From contig CAZWVG010000004.1 of the NCBI GenBank assembly GCA_964637355.1, forward strand, positions 1,517 through 65,516: a stretch of 64,000 bases of DNA, in the 5' to 3' direction. This DNA is from an uncultured Gemmatimonadaceae bacterium. Its GTDB lineage: Bacteria > Gemmatimonadota > Gemmatimonadetes > Gemmatimonadales > Gemmatimonadaceae. Under the pieces are notes generated by a model, which saw only the letters and a program-made list of their open reading frames with translations, was not told the origin of the DNA and searched no databases. Below, one piece after another: positions 20,666-33,510 of this stretch; within the stretch, counting starts at the first letter, position 1; each line of letters opens with the position of its first letter. The position numbers and the translations under genes are program-made.

Positions 20666-22165
20666 ATGAACGTGCGTGTCGTCACAGTGGGCGCGGTGGC
20701 GTTGCTCGGGCTGCTCGCGCCCGCCGCCCGTGCCGCACCGGCTCCCGCGCCAGTTCGCTGCGCCGAGTTAGTGCAGCTGCGCCTCCCCCATCTCGTCGTC
20801 CTCGAAGCCGTCGAGTCCCGGAGGATTCAGTTCGTTTCCAAGCCGATCCCCAACGGCGAGCCACACATCATCGAGCAGGCGGCAATGTGCCGAGTGCGCG
20901 GCGTCTCGACGCCGGTGCCGGGATCGCGTATCGGTTTCGAGCTGCAGATGCCGCTGGCTCGCGCGTGGAATCATCGCATCAGGATGTTCGGGAATGGCGG
21001 CTACTCGAGCGCCATCCCGGGTGACCGGCTGCGCGAGGCGGTGAATGGCGGCTACGCGGCGCTCGGCACCGATACCGGGCACGATGGCGACGATCCGGAA
21101 TTTGCCGTGGGGCGTCCGGAAAGCATTGATGACTGGGGACACCGCGCCGTGCATGAAAGCATCGTCGCGGCGAAGGCGCTGGTCGCGGCGTACTACGGCG
21201 AGTCCGCGCAGTGGAGCTACTTCGACGGCTGCTCCACCGGCGGGCATCAAGCGCTCATGGAGGCGCAGCGGTATCCCACGGACTTCAACGGGATCGTCGC
21301 CGGCGCCCCAGGCAACAACCGCACGCGGCTCAACGTCGGCTTCCTCTGGCAGTTCGTCGCCAATCATCGCACCGACGGCTCGCTCATCCTCGCCCCGGAG
21401 AAGCTGCACCTGCTGACCGAGGGAGTGCTGGCGACGTGCGGGTCAGCGGATGAGCGCAACCGCGGCTATCTCGACGATCCATTCGCTTGCCAGTTCGATC
21501 CAGCCATGTTGCAATGTGGCGTTGGGGGTGACAGTGCCACCTGCCTGACGAGTGATGAAGTGGCAGCGGCGCGCCGCATGTATGCTGGCGCCCGAAACCC
21601 GCGCACCGGCGAACAGCTGTATCCCCCGTGGCTTCCGGGGAGCGAATTCTACGCGCCGCCGGGCAGGCAGTTCTCGAGCTGGAGTCTGTACTGGGCCGAT
21701 CCCCTGCGTCCTGGGCAGCCAGCGCGATCCACCTTCTGGCGCTTCTGGGCATTTGGGGATGCGCGCTGGGACTGGAAGTCCTTCGACTTCGATCGCGACG
21801 TGGCGCGCCTCGCCCCGCTGGCTCGGCGTATCGACGCCAACGACCCGGATCTCACCGCGTTTCACGCTGCAGGCGGAAAGCTCATCCAGTATCATGGGCT
21901 GATCGACCCCGTCGTGAGCCCGTGGGACTCGCGAGACTACTACGATCGTGTGGTCGCTCGTGCAGGCCACGGCGTGGCGGCTTTCTATCGGTTGTATTTC
22001 CTCCCGGGCGTCGCGCATTGCGGCGGTGGCCCTGGTCTCGCGCCAACGAACCTGAACGAGGCGATCGAGGGGTGGGTCGAGCGCGGTGTGGCGCCGGCGG
22101 CGCTCGGGGTGCGGTCGGCGAATGGAGAGGAGGGGAGGGTAGGGGAGTATCGACGGGGCGACTAG
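20666..22165 (+). CDS. tannase/feruloyl-esterase-family alpha/beta hydrolase
   Basis: Signal peptide from the ATG at 20666. 'YFDGCSTGGHQALMEAQRYPTDFNGIVAGAPG' is the family nucleophile region. Confidence 0.85.
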   Translation: MNVRVVTVGAVALLGLLAPAARAAPAPAPVRCAELVQLRLPHLVVLEAVESRRIQFVSKPIPNGEPHIIEQAAMCRVRGVSTPVPGSRIGFELQMPLARAWNHRIRMFGNGGYSSAIPGDRLREAVNGGYAALGTDTGHDGDDPEFAVGRPESIDDWGHRAVHESIVAAKALVAAYYGESAQWSYFDGCSTGGHQALMEAQRYPTDFNGIVAGAPGNNRTRLNVGFLWQFVANHRTDGSLILAPEKLHLLTEGVLATCGSADERNRGYLDDPFACQFDPAMLQCGVGGDSATCLTSDEVAAARRMYAGARNPRTGEQLYPPWLPGSEFYAPPGRQFSSWSLYWADPLRPGQPARSTFWRFWAFGDARWDWKSFDFDRDVARLAPLARRIDANDPDLTAFHAAGGKLIQYHGLIDPVVSPWDSRDYYDRVVARAGHGVAAFYRLYFLPGVAHCGGGPGLAPTNLNEAIEGWVERGVAPAALGVRSANGEEGRVGEYRRGD

Positions 22166-22480
22166 GAGGCAGATCGACCGGAAGCTGAGCCGAATCGGAG
22201 GCGTGACGCCGGATCTGGCACTTGCACATCCTCCATAGTGCCACCTACTGCGCAAATGGAACTATGCGAATAGCCGCCGCGGTCATTGGGAATGATCGCC
22301 GGAGAGATTCGGGAGGCGCCCTGATCATCCGCCTCTCATCGGGGTAGCACGCGCCGACGCCTGCGAAGACTCCGCACGACGCTTCTGGCTCGTACGGCTC
22401 GTCCCTCAACCGAATGCGGGCGTCACTCGTACTTCGTCTGTAGGGATCGCACGCGCATCGCCTCCCCCAACGATTCCGCC

Positions 22481-24469
22481 ATGCGACCGTCGCCTCAGAT
22501 CGTCTCAGCGCCGCGTCCGGCACTACGTCTCCTGATCCGGAGCGCGCTCGGGCTTGTCCTCGGTCTCGCAGCGTGTAGCGGCGACCCGACCAATCCCACG
22601 GATACGACGCCCGGGGTCGACACTCCAAACTTCCAGCGCAGCATCGATCCACCCTGGATCGCCTACGCGTCGAACCTGCACGAGTTCGGCGTGGACCTCG
22701 GCGTCCGCCGATCGGGGCGCTCGGGCTACGTCCGCTCCATCGCCGACGTGCCGCCGACAGGCAGCGCGTTCGGCGCCCTCATTCAGTCCATCTCGGCGCT
22801 CGAGTATCGCGGCAAGCGACTTCGCCTCTCGGGATACGTACGCACCGACAAGGTCACCGAGCGTGGCGCGGGACTCTGGATGCGCATCGATTCGCCCACG
22901 CGCACGACCGCCTTCGACAACATGGTCGAATTCAATCGGCCGATCCTCGGGGACAACGATTGGACGCGCCAATCCGTGGTCCTCGATGTGGCCGACGACG
23001 CCATCGGTGTGACCTTCGGCCTCCTGCTTTCCGGAGGTGGAGTCGCCCGCGTCGACGACATGACGCTCGAAGTCGTCGACTCGTCGGTGCCAACGACCGG
23101 GACGGTGAATCTCGAACCCGATGGACGCGACAGCGTCGCCCAGATCGGCTACTACACGCGCCTCGGTCACGTCCCCGAAAATCTCGACTTCGAGGGCTCG
23201 ACCAGCGTCTTCGAGCTCACCTCGCAGTGGATGAAGGGTGCGACGCGCCCCTTCGACAGCGCCGAGCCCGGGACGGGGAGTGCCGATCTCACCGAGTTGG
23301 GGCGCATCATCGGGAACGCGCGCGTCGCAGCATTCGGCGAGGCGACGCACGGGTCGCGCGAGTTCTTCCGCATGAAGCACCGCGCCTTCGAATATCTGGT
23401 GGAGGAGCGTGGCTTCACGCATTTCCTCATCGAAGCCACGATGCCCGAGGCGCGGGCGCTCGACCGATATGTGACCACGGGAGTGGGCGATCCCGCGAAG
23501 CTGCTCGCGAACCTGTACTTCTGGACGTGGAACACACAGGAGGTGCTCGACCTCATCCAGTGGATGCGCACCTACAACCTGCGTGCCGGTGCGCCGCGCC
23601 TCCACTTCTACGGCATCGACATGCAGTATCCGCATGAAGCAATGGACAGCATCACGGTGATGCTGACCCGCGCCGATGCGGAGGTCGCGGCCCAGGGCGC
23701 GGAGGCCGTTGCCTGCTTCGACGGGGTGCGCGATAGCGCTCGGCACCTCGACCTGGTCCAGTACGCCGCGCTCCCCCAGCACATCCGCGACCGGTGCGCC
23801 CTCCTGCTCGCCCAGCTTGCCGACACCGTCGCCGCGCACGTGGGGAGCTGGAGCTCATCGCTCTCTTCCGACGACGCCGAATGGCTCACCCAGTACATCA
23901 CGCTCGCGCGTCAATGGGAGCGGATGGCGCGCACGAGCTACGCCGCCGGTGGCTCGCGCGAGCGCGACCGGGCGATGGCCGACAACGTGCTCTGGATCGC
24001 AGCGCGCGAACCGCAGGCGAAGCTGTTCGTGTGGGCGCACAATGCCCACGTGAGCCGGCGAGCAACGGCGATGGGACAGCATCTTGGCGACGCGCTCGGC
24101 GATGCCTACCGCAATGCGGCGTTCACCTTCGGCACTGCGCGCTTCAATGCGATCACCGCGCTGCCTAACGGTACCTATGGTGCGCTGCAGGCACACCAGG
24201 TGAGCGGCGTGGGGCCGGGGCGCCCCATCGAGTCGTACTTCCTCGCCACCGGCGAGCACCGCCTCTTTCTCGACACGCACAAGGTGTCGTCGGGGGAGAG
24301 CGGGACGTTCGTGCTCGATCGACGCCCCGTGGCGATGCGATCGATCGGCGCGGTCTTCTCCCCGGAGAATCCCAACGCGTACTTCGAGACGATCCTCCTC
24401 CCGCTCGACTACGACGCGATCATCTGGTTCGACTTCGTGAGTGAGTCGAAGCTCTTGCTGGGGAGCTAG
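22481..24469 (+). CDS. erythromycin-esterase-family protein with an N-terminal jelly-roll-like extension
   Basis: 'AAFGEATHGSREFFRMKHRAFEYLVEERGFTHFLIEA' is the Ere-family motif. There is a lipoprotein-like leader. Confidence 0.75.
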   Translation: MRPSPQIVSAPRPALRLLIRSALGLVLGLAACSGDPTNPTDTTPGVDTPNFQRSIDPPWIAYASNLHEFGVDLGVRRSGRSGYVRSIADVPPTGSAFGALIQSISALEYRGKRLRLSGYVRTDKVTERGAGLWMRIDSPTRTTAFDNMVEFNRPILGDNDWTRQSVVLDVADDAIGVTFGLLLSGGGVARVDDMTLEVVDSSVPTTGTVNLEPDGRDSVAQIGYYTRLGHVPENLDFEGSTSVFELTSQWMKGATRPFDSAEPGTGSADLTELGRIIGNARVAAFGEATHGSREFFRMKHRAFEYLVEERGFTHFLIEATMPEARALDRYVTTGVGDPAKLLANLYFWTWNTQEVLDLIQWMRTYNLRAGAPRLHFYGIDMQYPHEAMDSITVMLTRADAEVAAQGAEAVACFDGVRDSARHLDLVQYAALPQHIRDRCALLLAQLADTVAAHVGSWSSSLSSDDAEWLTQYITLARQWERMARTSYAAGGSRERDRAMADNVLWIAAREPQAKLFVWAHNAHVSRRATAMGQHLGDALGDAYRNAAFTFGTARFNAITALPNGTYGALQAHQVSGVGPGRPIESYFLATGEHRLFLDTHKVSSGESGTFVLDRRPVAMRSIGAVFSPENPNAYFETILLPLDYDAIIWFDFVSESKLLLGS

Positions 24470-24503
24470 GTGCGCGGGGCGGCTGCGCCGTCGCAGGCGG
24501 CTC

Positions 24504-25904
24504 TCACTGCTTCCGCGCCCGCTGCGTCCCCCCGTTCTGCTTGAGCGTCAGCGTCATCACGCCGTCTGAATCCCTTTCGAACGAAACCGTTGCCGGCACG
24601 ACACGCAGCGAGAACTCATGATCGTTCGACGGCCAGAGCCGGAATCGCGGCTGGTTGGTCGCCTGTACGAAGAGCTTGTCCCCCACGAGCGTGACCTCGG
24701 CCACGAACGTTGGCGCCAGCGGATACTTGCCAACGTAGGATTGCAGGACCGCGTGATCGATGTTCACCATCGGACGCGCCGAGACCGTGGGCACGGGCAT
24801 GCTGGGGTCGAGGAGCGTGAAGCCCACCACGTCGGATTGCTCGCCACCGCTGGTGAGAACGACGACGGCGTTGCGCGACGAGTTGTCGACGCCGAAGAAG
24901 GTGCGGAAGCCGCCAGTCCCACCATTGTGCCAGGTGATGCGCTTCCCGTCCTTCTCGCGCACGTGCCACCCGAGGGCTATGCGCATCCCCGGGATCGTCG
25001 TCGGGCGACGAGGTTCGATCGCCAACGCGATCGCCTTGGCGAGCGGACCCTTGCCGTCAAGGGCCGACGTGATGGCGCGGGCGAGCTTCATCATGTCGCG
25101 CGCCGAGGAACGGAGCGCACCGGCAGCGGCCAGGGTGGGGAGATCCCACGCCGGGACCGCTTCCATGTCGGCGTCATGCCCGGCCACGAAGCGCTTCGCC
25201 ATGCTCGGCGTGAGCGTGATGCGTGTATCGTACATGCCTAACGGGTTGAGGACGCGCTCGATGAGGAGCTGCTCGTACGACTTTCCGGCGCGGAGCGCGA
25301 GCGCGTGCCCTAACAATCCCATGCCGAGGTTGGAGTACTCGTATTGCGCCCCGGGATCGCGCGGGAGCGTGTACGAGGAGAGAAACTCGTACATCTGGGC
25401 GACCGTGTAGTCGGCGTACGGGTTGCTCGTGTCCTTGGGCTTCATGTTGAGCGGGAGGCGCGGGAGCCCCGAGCTCGCCGTGGCCAGGTCGAGGAGCGTG
25501 ATGACCTTCCCGTTGCGCGAGGGGACGGTGACGCTCGCCGGGAGGTACTTCGCGACCGGGTCATCGAGCGCCACCTCGCCGCGCACGACCATGTCGGCGA
25601 GGAGGATGTTGGTGAACGCCTTGGTGATCGACCCGATCTCGTAGATCGCGTCGGGATCGACGAGCGGCGTGTCGCCGAAGTTCGATCGCCCGTAGGAGAC
25701 GTAGCGCTCCTTTCCGCGCTCGAGCATCCCCACCACGATCGAGGCGGCGTAGCCATTGTCGACGCGCTCGGCCAGGCGCGCGCGAATGACGCTGTCCGGC
25801 GGAAAGTCGAACGAGGCGGCGGCGGGAGTCTGCGCGTAGCCGGCCGAGGTCGACAGCGCGATGAGGGCGAGCGTCGGGAGCGGCGCGAGGCGGAAACGGC
25901 GCAT
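24504..25904 (-). CDS. beta-lactamase-related serine hydrolase (secreted)
   Basis: S-x-x-K 'SITK' in 'YEIGSITKAFT'. Signal peptide from the ATG at 25904. The first codon of the 25937 ORF is TTG and lies inside a promoter-like repeat. Confidence 0.8.
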   Translation of the reverse strand: MRRFRLAPLPTLALIALSTSAGYAQTPAAASFDFPPDSVIRARLAERVDNGYAASIVVGMLERGKERYVSYGRSNFGDTPLVDPDAIYEIGSITKAFTNILLADMVVRGEVALDDPVAKYLPASVTVPSRNGKVITLLDLATASSGLPRLPLNMKPKDTSNPYADYTVAQMYEFLSSYTLPRDPGAQYEYSNLGMGLLGHALALRAGKSYEQLLIERVLNPLGMYDTRITLTPSMAKRFVAGHDADMEAVPAWDLPTLAAAGALRSSARDMMKLARAITSALDGKGPLAKAIALAIEPRRPTTIPGMRIALGWHVREKDGKRITWHNGGTGGFRTFFGVDNSSRNAVVVLTSGGEQSDVVGFTLLDPSMPVPTVSARPMVNIDHAVLQSYVGKYPLAPTFVAEVTLVGDKLFVQATNQPRFRLWPSNDHEFSLRVVPATVSFERDSDGVMTLTLKQNGGTQRARKQ

Positions 25905-25924
25905 GGGCGGGGAAGATGCGAGGA

Positions 25925-25936
25925 GAATTGTATACA
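25925..25936. repeat. copy 1 of the 12-nt repeat GAATTGTATACA (contains the palindrome TGTATACA)
   Basis: Exact 12/12 match to 26101-26112. AT-rich in a GC-rich divergent intergenic region. The reverse strand reads TACAAT. Confidence 0.9.
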
Positions 25937-26100
25937 AATGGAAGGTAAATGGTGGCGCGGGATTGTGCGGGCCGGCGGGGGGCTTGGCGGTGGGGAGGGA
26001 GATGGTGGAGGGACGGGAGACGGGGGACGGGAGTGCGCCTGCGGCGCGGGAGGAGGCGGAAACGCCAAGGAGGTGGCGCGCGGGGTGCTGCGCTCGAGCC

Positions 26101-26112
26101 GAATTGTATACA
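26101..26112. repeat. copy 2 of the 12-nt repeat GAATTGTATACA
   Basis: Exact direct repeat of 25925-25936, 176 bp downstream and about 100 nt upstream of the tricorn-like gene start. Confidence 0.9.
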
Positions 26113-26210
26113 GATTTGGCGATCCCCCCACGAGGACGAGCGACGGCATGCGTGCATCTGACGAGAAAGGACCTGTTGCGAACGAGAGCGGTTTTCGAGA
26201 CACGCCCGCG

Positions 26211-29492
<3,282 letters not shown>

Positions 29493-29527
29493 GCTGCATC
29501 AGAACACGCATTCTTTCGAGGAAGCTG

Positions 29528-31675
29528 ATGAAGACCCTTTCGGCCTGCCGTACTACGCTGCGCATCGTTGGTGTAGCGACTCTGCTCGTCGCCGCGCCAG
29601 CGCCCGCGCAGCAGTTCACCGTCGGCCAGGTCACGACGTTCCCATTCCCGACCGAGCTCGTGACCGCCCGCACCGGCCACCGCATGGCGTGGGTGCTTGA
29701 GGATCACGGCGCGCGAAACGTCTGGGGCGCCGAAGGCCCATCGTGGACTCCGCGCAAACTCACCACCTTCACGCAGGACGACGGACAGGACCTCACCCAG
29801 CTCACCTTCACGGCAGACGGCACCCAACTCGTCTTCGTGCGCGGCGGCAATCACGGCTCCAACTGGCCATCGCCGGGAGGGATCGAACCCAACCCCGCCA
29901 GCGGTACCAGGCGCACGCGCATCGAGATCTGGACCGTCCCGTGGAGTGGCGGCGGCGGGCGGATGCTTGCCCCCGGCGATGCGCCCGTGGTGAATCCCAA
30001 CGGCGATCGAGTGGCCTACATCGACGGCGGGCAGGTGTCAGTTGTGCCACTCGCGCCGGGTGGGAAGGGTGAATCGCTCTTCTTCGCGCGCGGTACCAGC
30101 GGCGACCTGGCGTGGTCGCCTAACGGGAAATCGCTCGCCTTCGTCTCCGAGCGTCCGGGCGGCTACGCACTGCTTGGTCTCTTCACCGGGGCAGACACGC
30201 CGGTTCGCTGGCTGGCGAGCAACACCGACAGGGTCAGTTCCCCCGTCTGGTCGCCCGACGGGAGCGAGATCGCCTTCGTCAGCCAGCCGGGGGCCGGGGG
30301 AGCGCCGGAGACGCTCCTCGAGCAGCATCCCAATCCCTGGTCGATCGAGGTCGTGAAGGTTGCAACCGGCGAGGTGCGCACCGCGTGGGCGAGCCCGCAC
30401 ACGCTACTCGGCTCGCGCCCGTACACGCAGGGAGGCACCAATCTGGCGTGGGGAGCCGGCGGGCGACTCGTCTTCGTGGCCAACCTCGACGGCTGGCCGC
30501 ATCTCTATTCGGTGGCGTCGACCGGTGGCGCTCCGCTCCTCCTCACCCCCGGAAACTTCATGGTGGAGTTTGTCACCATGTCGCCGGACCGCGGCTCGGT
30601 GGTCTACAACGCAAATGCCGGCCCCGATCCCGCGGATGACGACCGGCGGCATCTCTTTGCTGTCCCCGTCGACGCGCCGCGCCCTGTGCAGCTCACCAGG
30701 GGAACAGACCTGGAGTGGAGCCCCGCGGTCACTGGCGACGGACGGACCATCGCCCTGCTCAGCAGCGGCCCCACGCGCCCGCCGCTTCCTGCGGTTCTCC
30801 CGATCGACGGCGGCACCCCGACGCTCCTCGGCGCCGACCGCGTTCCCAAGGATTTTCCCGGCAACGCGCTCGTCGTGCCGGAGAAGGTCGTCATCCCCTC
30901 GATCGACGGCACGCCTGTCCACATGCAGCTCTTCAAGTCGGCTGCAGGACCAACCAAGCGCCCGGCCGTCGTCTACGTGCACGGCGGTCCACCGAGGCAG
31001 ATGCTGCTGGGCTTCCACTACTGGCACTACTACGCGTCGGACTATGCGGTGAACCAGTACCTGGCGAGCCGAGGATTCGTCGTCGTCTCGGTCAACTACC
31101 GCCTCGGCATCGGCTACGGCGATCATTTCATGCAGCCCGAGCATGCCGGTGCGGCCGGCGCCGCCGAGTATCAGGATGTGCTCGCGGCGCAGCAGTACCT
31201 GGCCAGTCGCCCTGATGTTGACGCGAGCCGCATCGGGATCTGGGGCGGGTCGTACGGCGGGTACCTCACCGCGCTCGCGCTCGCCCGCAACTCCAACCTC
31301 TTCGCCGCCGGCGTCGACATCCACGGCGTGCACGACTGGATCGCAGCGTACGGCGACTACTTCAAGAACCTGCAGCTCAAGTACGAGAAGCCTACCGATC
31401 TGCAGCGTGCGCTCGACGTTGCCTGGCTGTCGTCGCCGGTCGCCGACATCGGCAAGTGGCGTTCGCCGGTGCTGCTGATCCAGGGCGACGACGATCGCAA
31501 CGTGGAGGTATCGCAGACCGTGGATCTCGTGCAGCGGCTTCGGGCGGAGGGGGTCGACTTCGAGCAGCTCCTGATCCCTGACGAGATTCACGACTTCCTG
31601 CGTTATGCGACGTGGCAGGAGGTGGGGGCGGCGGTGACGGCGTATCTGGAGCGGAAGTTGGGGGTGGTGCAGTGA
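29528..31675 (+). CDS. S9-family peptidase (prolyl oligopeptidase/dipeptidyl peptidase type) with an N-terminal PD40 propeller
   Basis: Signal peptide from the ATG at 29528 (GAGGAAG 6 nt upstream). Nucleophile elbow 'GIWGGSYGGYLT'. 'QGDDDRNV...DEIHDF' gives the acid/His. Confidence 0.85.
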   Translation: MKTLSACRTTLRIVGVATLLVAAPAPAQQFTVGQVTTFPFPTELVTARTGHRMAWVLEDHGARNVWGAEGPSWTPRKLTTFTQDDGQDLTQLTFTADGTQLVFVRGGNHGSNWPSPGGIEPNPASGTRRTRIEIWTVPWSGGGGRMLAPGDAPVVNPNGDRVAYIDGGQVSVVPLAPGGKGESLFFARGTSGDLAWSPNGKSLAFVSERPGGYALLGLFTGADTPVRWLASNTDRVSSPVWSPDGSEIAFVSQPGAGGAPETLLEQHPNPWSIEVVKVATGEVRTAWASPHTLLGSRPYTQGGTNLAWGAGGRLVFVANLDGWPHLYSVASTGGAPLLLTPGNFMVEFVTMSPDRGSVVYNANAGPDPADDDRRHLFAVPVDAPRPVQLTRGTDLEWSPAVTGDGRTIALLSSGPTRPPLPAVLPIDGGTPTLLGADRVPKDFPGNALVVPEKVVIPSIDGTPVHMQLFKSAAGPTKRPAVVYVHGGPPRQMLLGFHYWHYYASDYAVNQYLASRGFVVVSVNYRLGIGYGDHFMQPEHAGAAGAAEYQDVLAAQQYLASRPDVDASRIGIWGGSYGGYLTALALARNSNLFAAGVDIHGVHDWIAAYGDYFKNLQLKYEKPTDLQRALDVAWLSSPVADIGKWRSPVLLIQGDDDRNVEVSQTVDLVQRLRAEGVDFEQLLIPDEIHDFLRYATWQEVGAAVTAYLERKLGVVQ

Positions 31676-31741
31676 GCGGCGTTCGATCATTGGGGCGGGA
31701 GTCGTAAAGGGGAGCGACGACTCGTGGCGCTGAGTAGCGGT

Positions 31742-32320
31742 CTACTCCCGGTGCACGCTGCGAAAGTACGCGGCGAGATCGATCACGAGCGGTTCGCGTT
31801 CGGCATCGGGCTGCCACACGAGCGAGTCCACTAGGTTCTCCGGTTTATCGTCGCCAGGGCGCCATCGCTCTACGAGACGAGCAGCGGGATCGACGATCCA
31901 GTACTCTGGCACCGATTCGGATTGGTAGAGCGAACGCTTCTGGTGACGATCGACGTGCGCAGTAACTGGCGAGTCGACCTCAACCGCCAGAATCAGGCGA
32001 CCCACGTCCTCGAACCGTTCGGCGCCGCGACCGTTGATCGTTGGAATCACGAAGACGTCAGGCTCCACGCTTCGACTCGGTGAAAACGTCACCTCGGCAC
32101 GGGCCATCAGGCACTCGAGTGAGCACGAGCGAGCGTACGGGTGCAGCTGAAAGATCAGGTCACCCACTGCACGCTGGTGCAGCCACGACGGTGTCGGCGT
32201 TTCGAACAGCTCCCCGTCGATGACTTCGTAGCGCCGACCCTCGTCCGGGAGCGCGCGGACTTCCTCAATCGTCCAATCGCGGCGCTCGAAATCCGGTCGC
32301 AGGGGTGACGGCATGACCAT
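31742..32320 (-). CDS. Uma2-family (DUF820) restriction-endonuclease-like protein
   Basis: 'YEVIDGEL...PSWLHQ...EPDVFVIP...LAVEVDSP...KRSLYQSESVPEYWIVDP' is the canonical Uma2 layout. Confidence 0.8.
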   Translation of the reverse strand: MVMPSPLRPDFERRDWTIEEVRALPDEGRRYEVIDGELFETPTPSWLHQRAVGDLIFQLHPYARSCSLECLMARAEVTFSPSRSVEPDVFVIPTINGRGAERFEDVGRLILAVEVDSPVTAHVDRHQKRSLYQSESVPEYWIVDPAARLVERWRPGDDKPENLVDSLVWQPDAEREPLVIDLAAYFRSVHRE

Positions 32321-32623
32321 AGCGTCCGCTCGGCGCAGTTAGGCGGGCAAGGGTGCATGCGAGCATCATGAGCCCTCCCGGGCTACGAGCCACTACCGGT
32401 TCATCGCCGAGTGTGGCGAAAACGTGCGCGCGGAACCCGCGGACTCAGCCTCGTGGACGACCCTCCGCGGAGGCACTCCTGCACGGACGCCCGCGCTTCA
32501 CTCGGAAGTCCTCGACTTCCGAGTACTTCCGGGTCGGAGCAGCAGGGCGAGGGAGGGGGAACAAGCAAGCGTCGTCGCCCCCGTCTGCTTGCCGCGAGTC
32601 GTCCGCTCGATCGATATTGGGTC

Positions 32624-32818
32624 ATGAACCCCGCGCTTGCGTACCAACTCGAGCGAATTCGCGCGATGAGCGTGGAAGAGAAGCTGCGCATTTCGCACGC
32701 GCTGTGGATCGAGGCGCGCGCGGTGCTCGCCGCGGGTGTCCGGGCGCGGTATCCGGAGTGGACGGAGGCAGAGGTCGCGGAGCGGGTGCGAGAGTTGATG
32801 CGTGACGCGCGGGACTAG
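32624..32818 (+). CDS. small hypothetical protein (64 aa), partner of the downstream nucleotidyltransferase-like gene
   Basis: An ATG at 32624 lies within the 32411 ORF. The product is helical, and its 3' end overlaps the next gene by 17 nt. Confidence 0.45.
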   Translation: MNPALAYQLERIRAMSVEEKLRISHALWIEARAVLAAGVRARYPEWTEAEVAERVRELMRDARD

Positions 32819-33377
32819 CCTCATCGGGCTCTTCATTGCGCCGCTTAACCGCGCAGGGCTGGACTATGCGGTCACCGGTGGACTGGCTGCCATAGCGTAC
32901 GGCCACCCTCGGCTAACGCTCGACGTCGACCTGGTGATTCGGCTCGGAGCTGGCGATGCATCCAGGTTCGCGGAGCTCTGGTCGCCCGAGGAGTTCTACT
33001 GTCCGCCGGTAGAAGTCGTCGAACAGGAGCGAGAGCGTTCGGAGCACGGGCACTTCAACGTGATCCATTCCGAGTCGACCATGCGCGCTGACGTCTATCT
33101 GGCGGGCGAGGATCCGCTGCAGGCATGGGCGCTCGCGGAGCACGTGACACGAACGGTAGAAGGCGAGGCGGTTCGCTTCGCGCCGATCGAATACGTCATC
33201 GTCAACAAGCTTCTCTACGCGCGCTCGGGTGGCTCCGATCGGCACTTGCGAGACGTGGCACGGATGGTCGAGGCGAGTGGAGAGTTCATTCGCGCTGACA
33301 CGCTGCGAGGATGGATCACGCGACTCAATCTCGCCGAGGAGTGGGAGCGTGCAGAGGGATTCGTAGGGAGAGAATAG
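32802..33377 (+). CDS. nucleotidyltransferase-fold protein (minimal-NTase/AbiEii-like, family uncertain)
   Basis: 'GLDYAVTGGLAAIAYGHPRLTLDVDLVI' matches the GG...G..R.T.D.D NTase core. Confidence 0.5.
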   Translation: MTRGTSLIGLFIAPLNRAGLDYAVTGGLAAIAYGHPRLTLDVDLVIRLGAGDASRFAELWSPEEFYCPPVEVVEQERERSEHGHFNVIHSESTMRADVYLAGEDPLQAWALAEHVTRTVEGEAVRFAPIEYVIVNKLLYARSGGSDRHLRDVARMVEASGEFIRADTLRGWITRLNLAEEWERAEGFVGRE

Positions 33378-33510
33378 CTGCGACGCGACGCTTCACCGAT
33401 CCATTGGGCGGCATCAAGCGCGCACTCGGAGCGTCTTTTGCACCTTGTTATAGCCAGCCTATAACAAGCGACCGCCGCGCCGCCTGTGTGATAGGCAGCC
33501 TATGATATGG

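Noticed and set aside
22245-22652. 135-aa minus-strand ORF in the tannase/Ere spacer
   Set aside because: There is no motif support, its composition is shadow-ORF-like, and it overlaps the start of the Ere-like gene.
17219-25904. Annotating the beta-lactamase-fold and erythromycin-esterase-family genes as antibiotic-resistance determinants
   Set aside because: Only fold-level motifs (SxxK; GE.THG..EF) are visible. These families are mostly non-resistance hydrolases in environmental bacteria.
25344-26210. 5' extensions of track ORFs (25344-26210 before tricorn; also 29105-29527, 12715-13128, 32411-32623, 53276-53380, 8372-8455, 20594-20665, 54347-54463)
   Set aside because: The extensions are low-complexity, overlap neighbouring genes or promoter-like DNA, and precede an internal start that yields a proper signal peptide or the conserved N-terminus.
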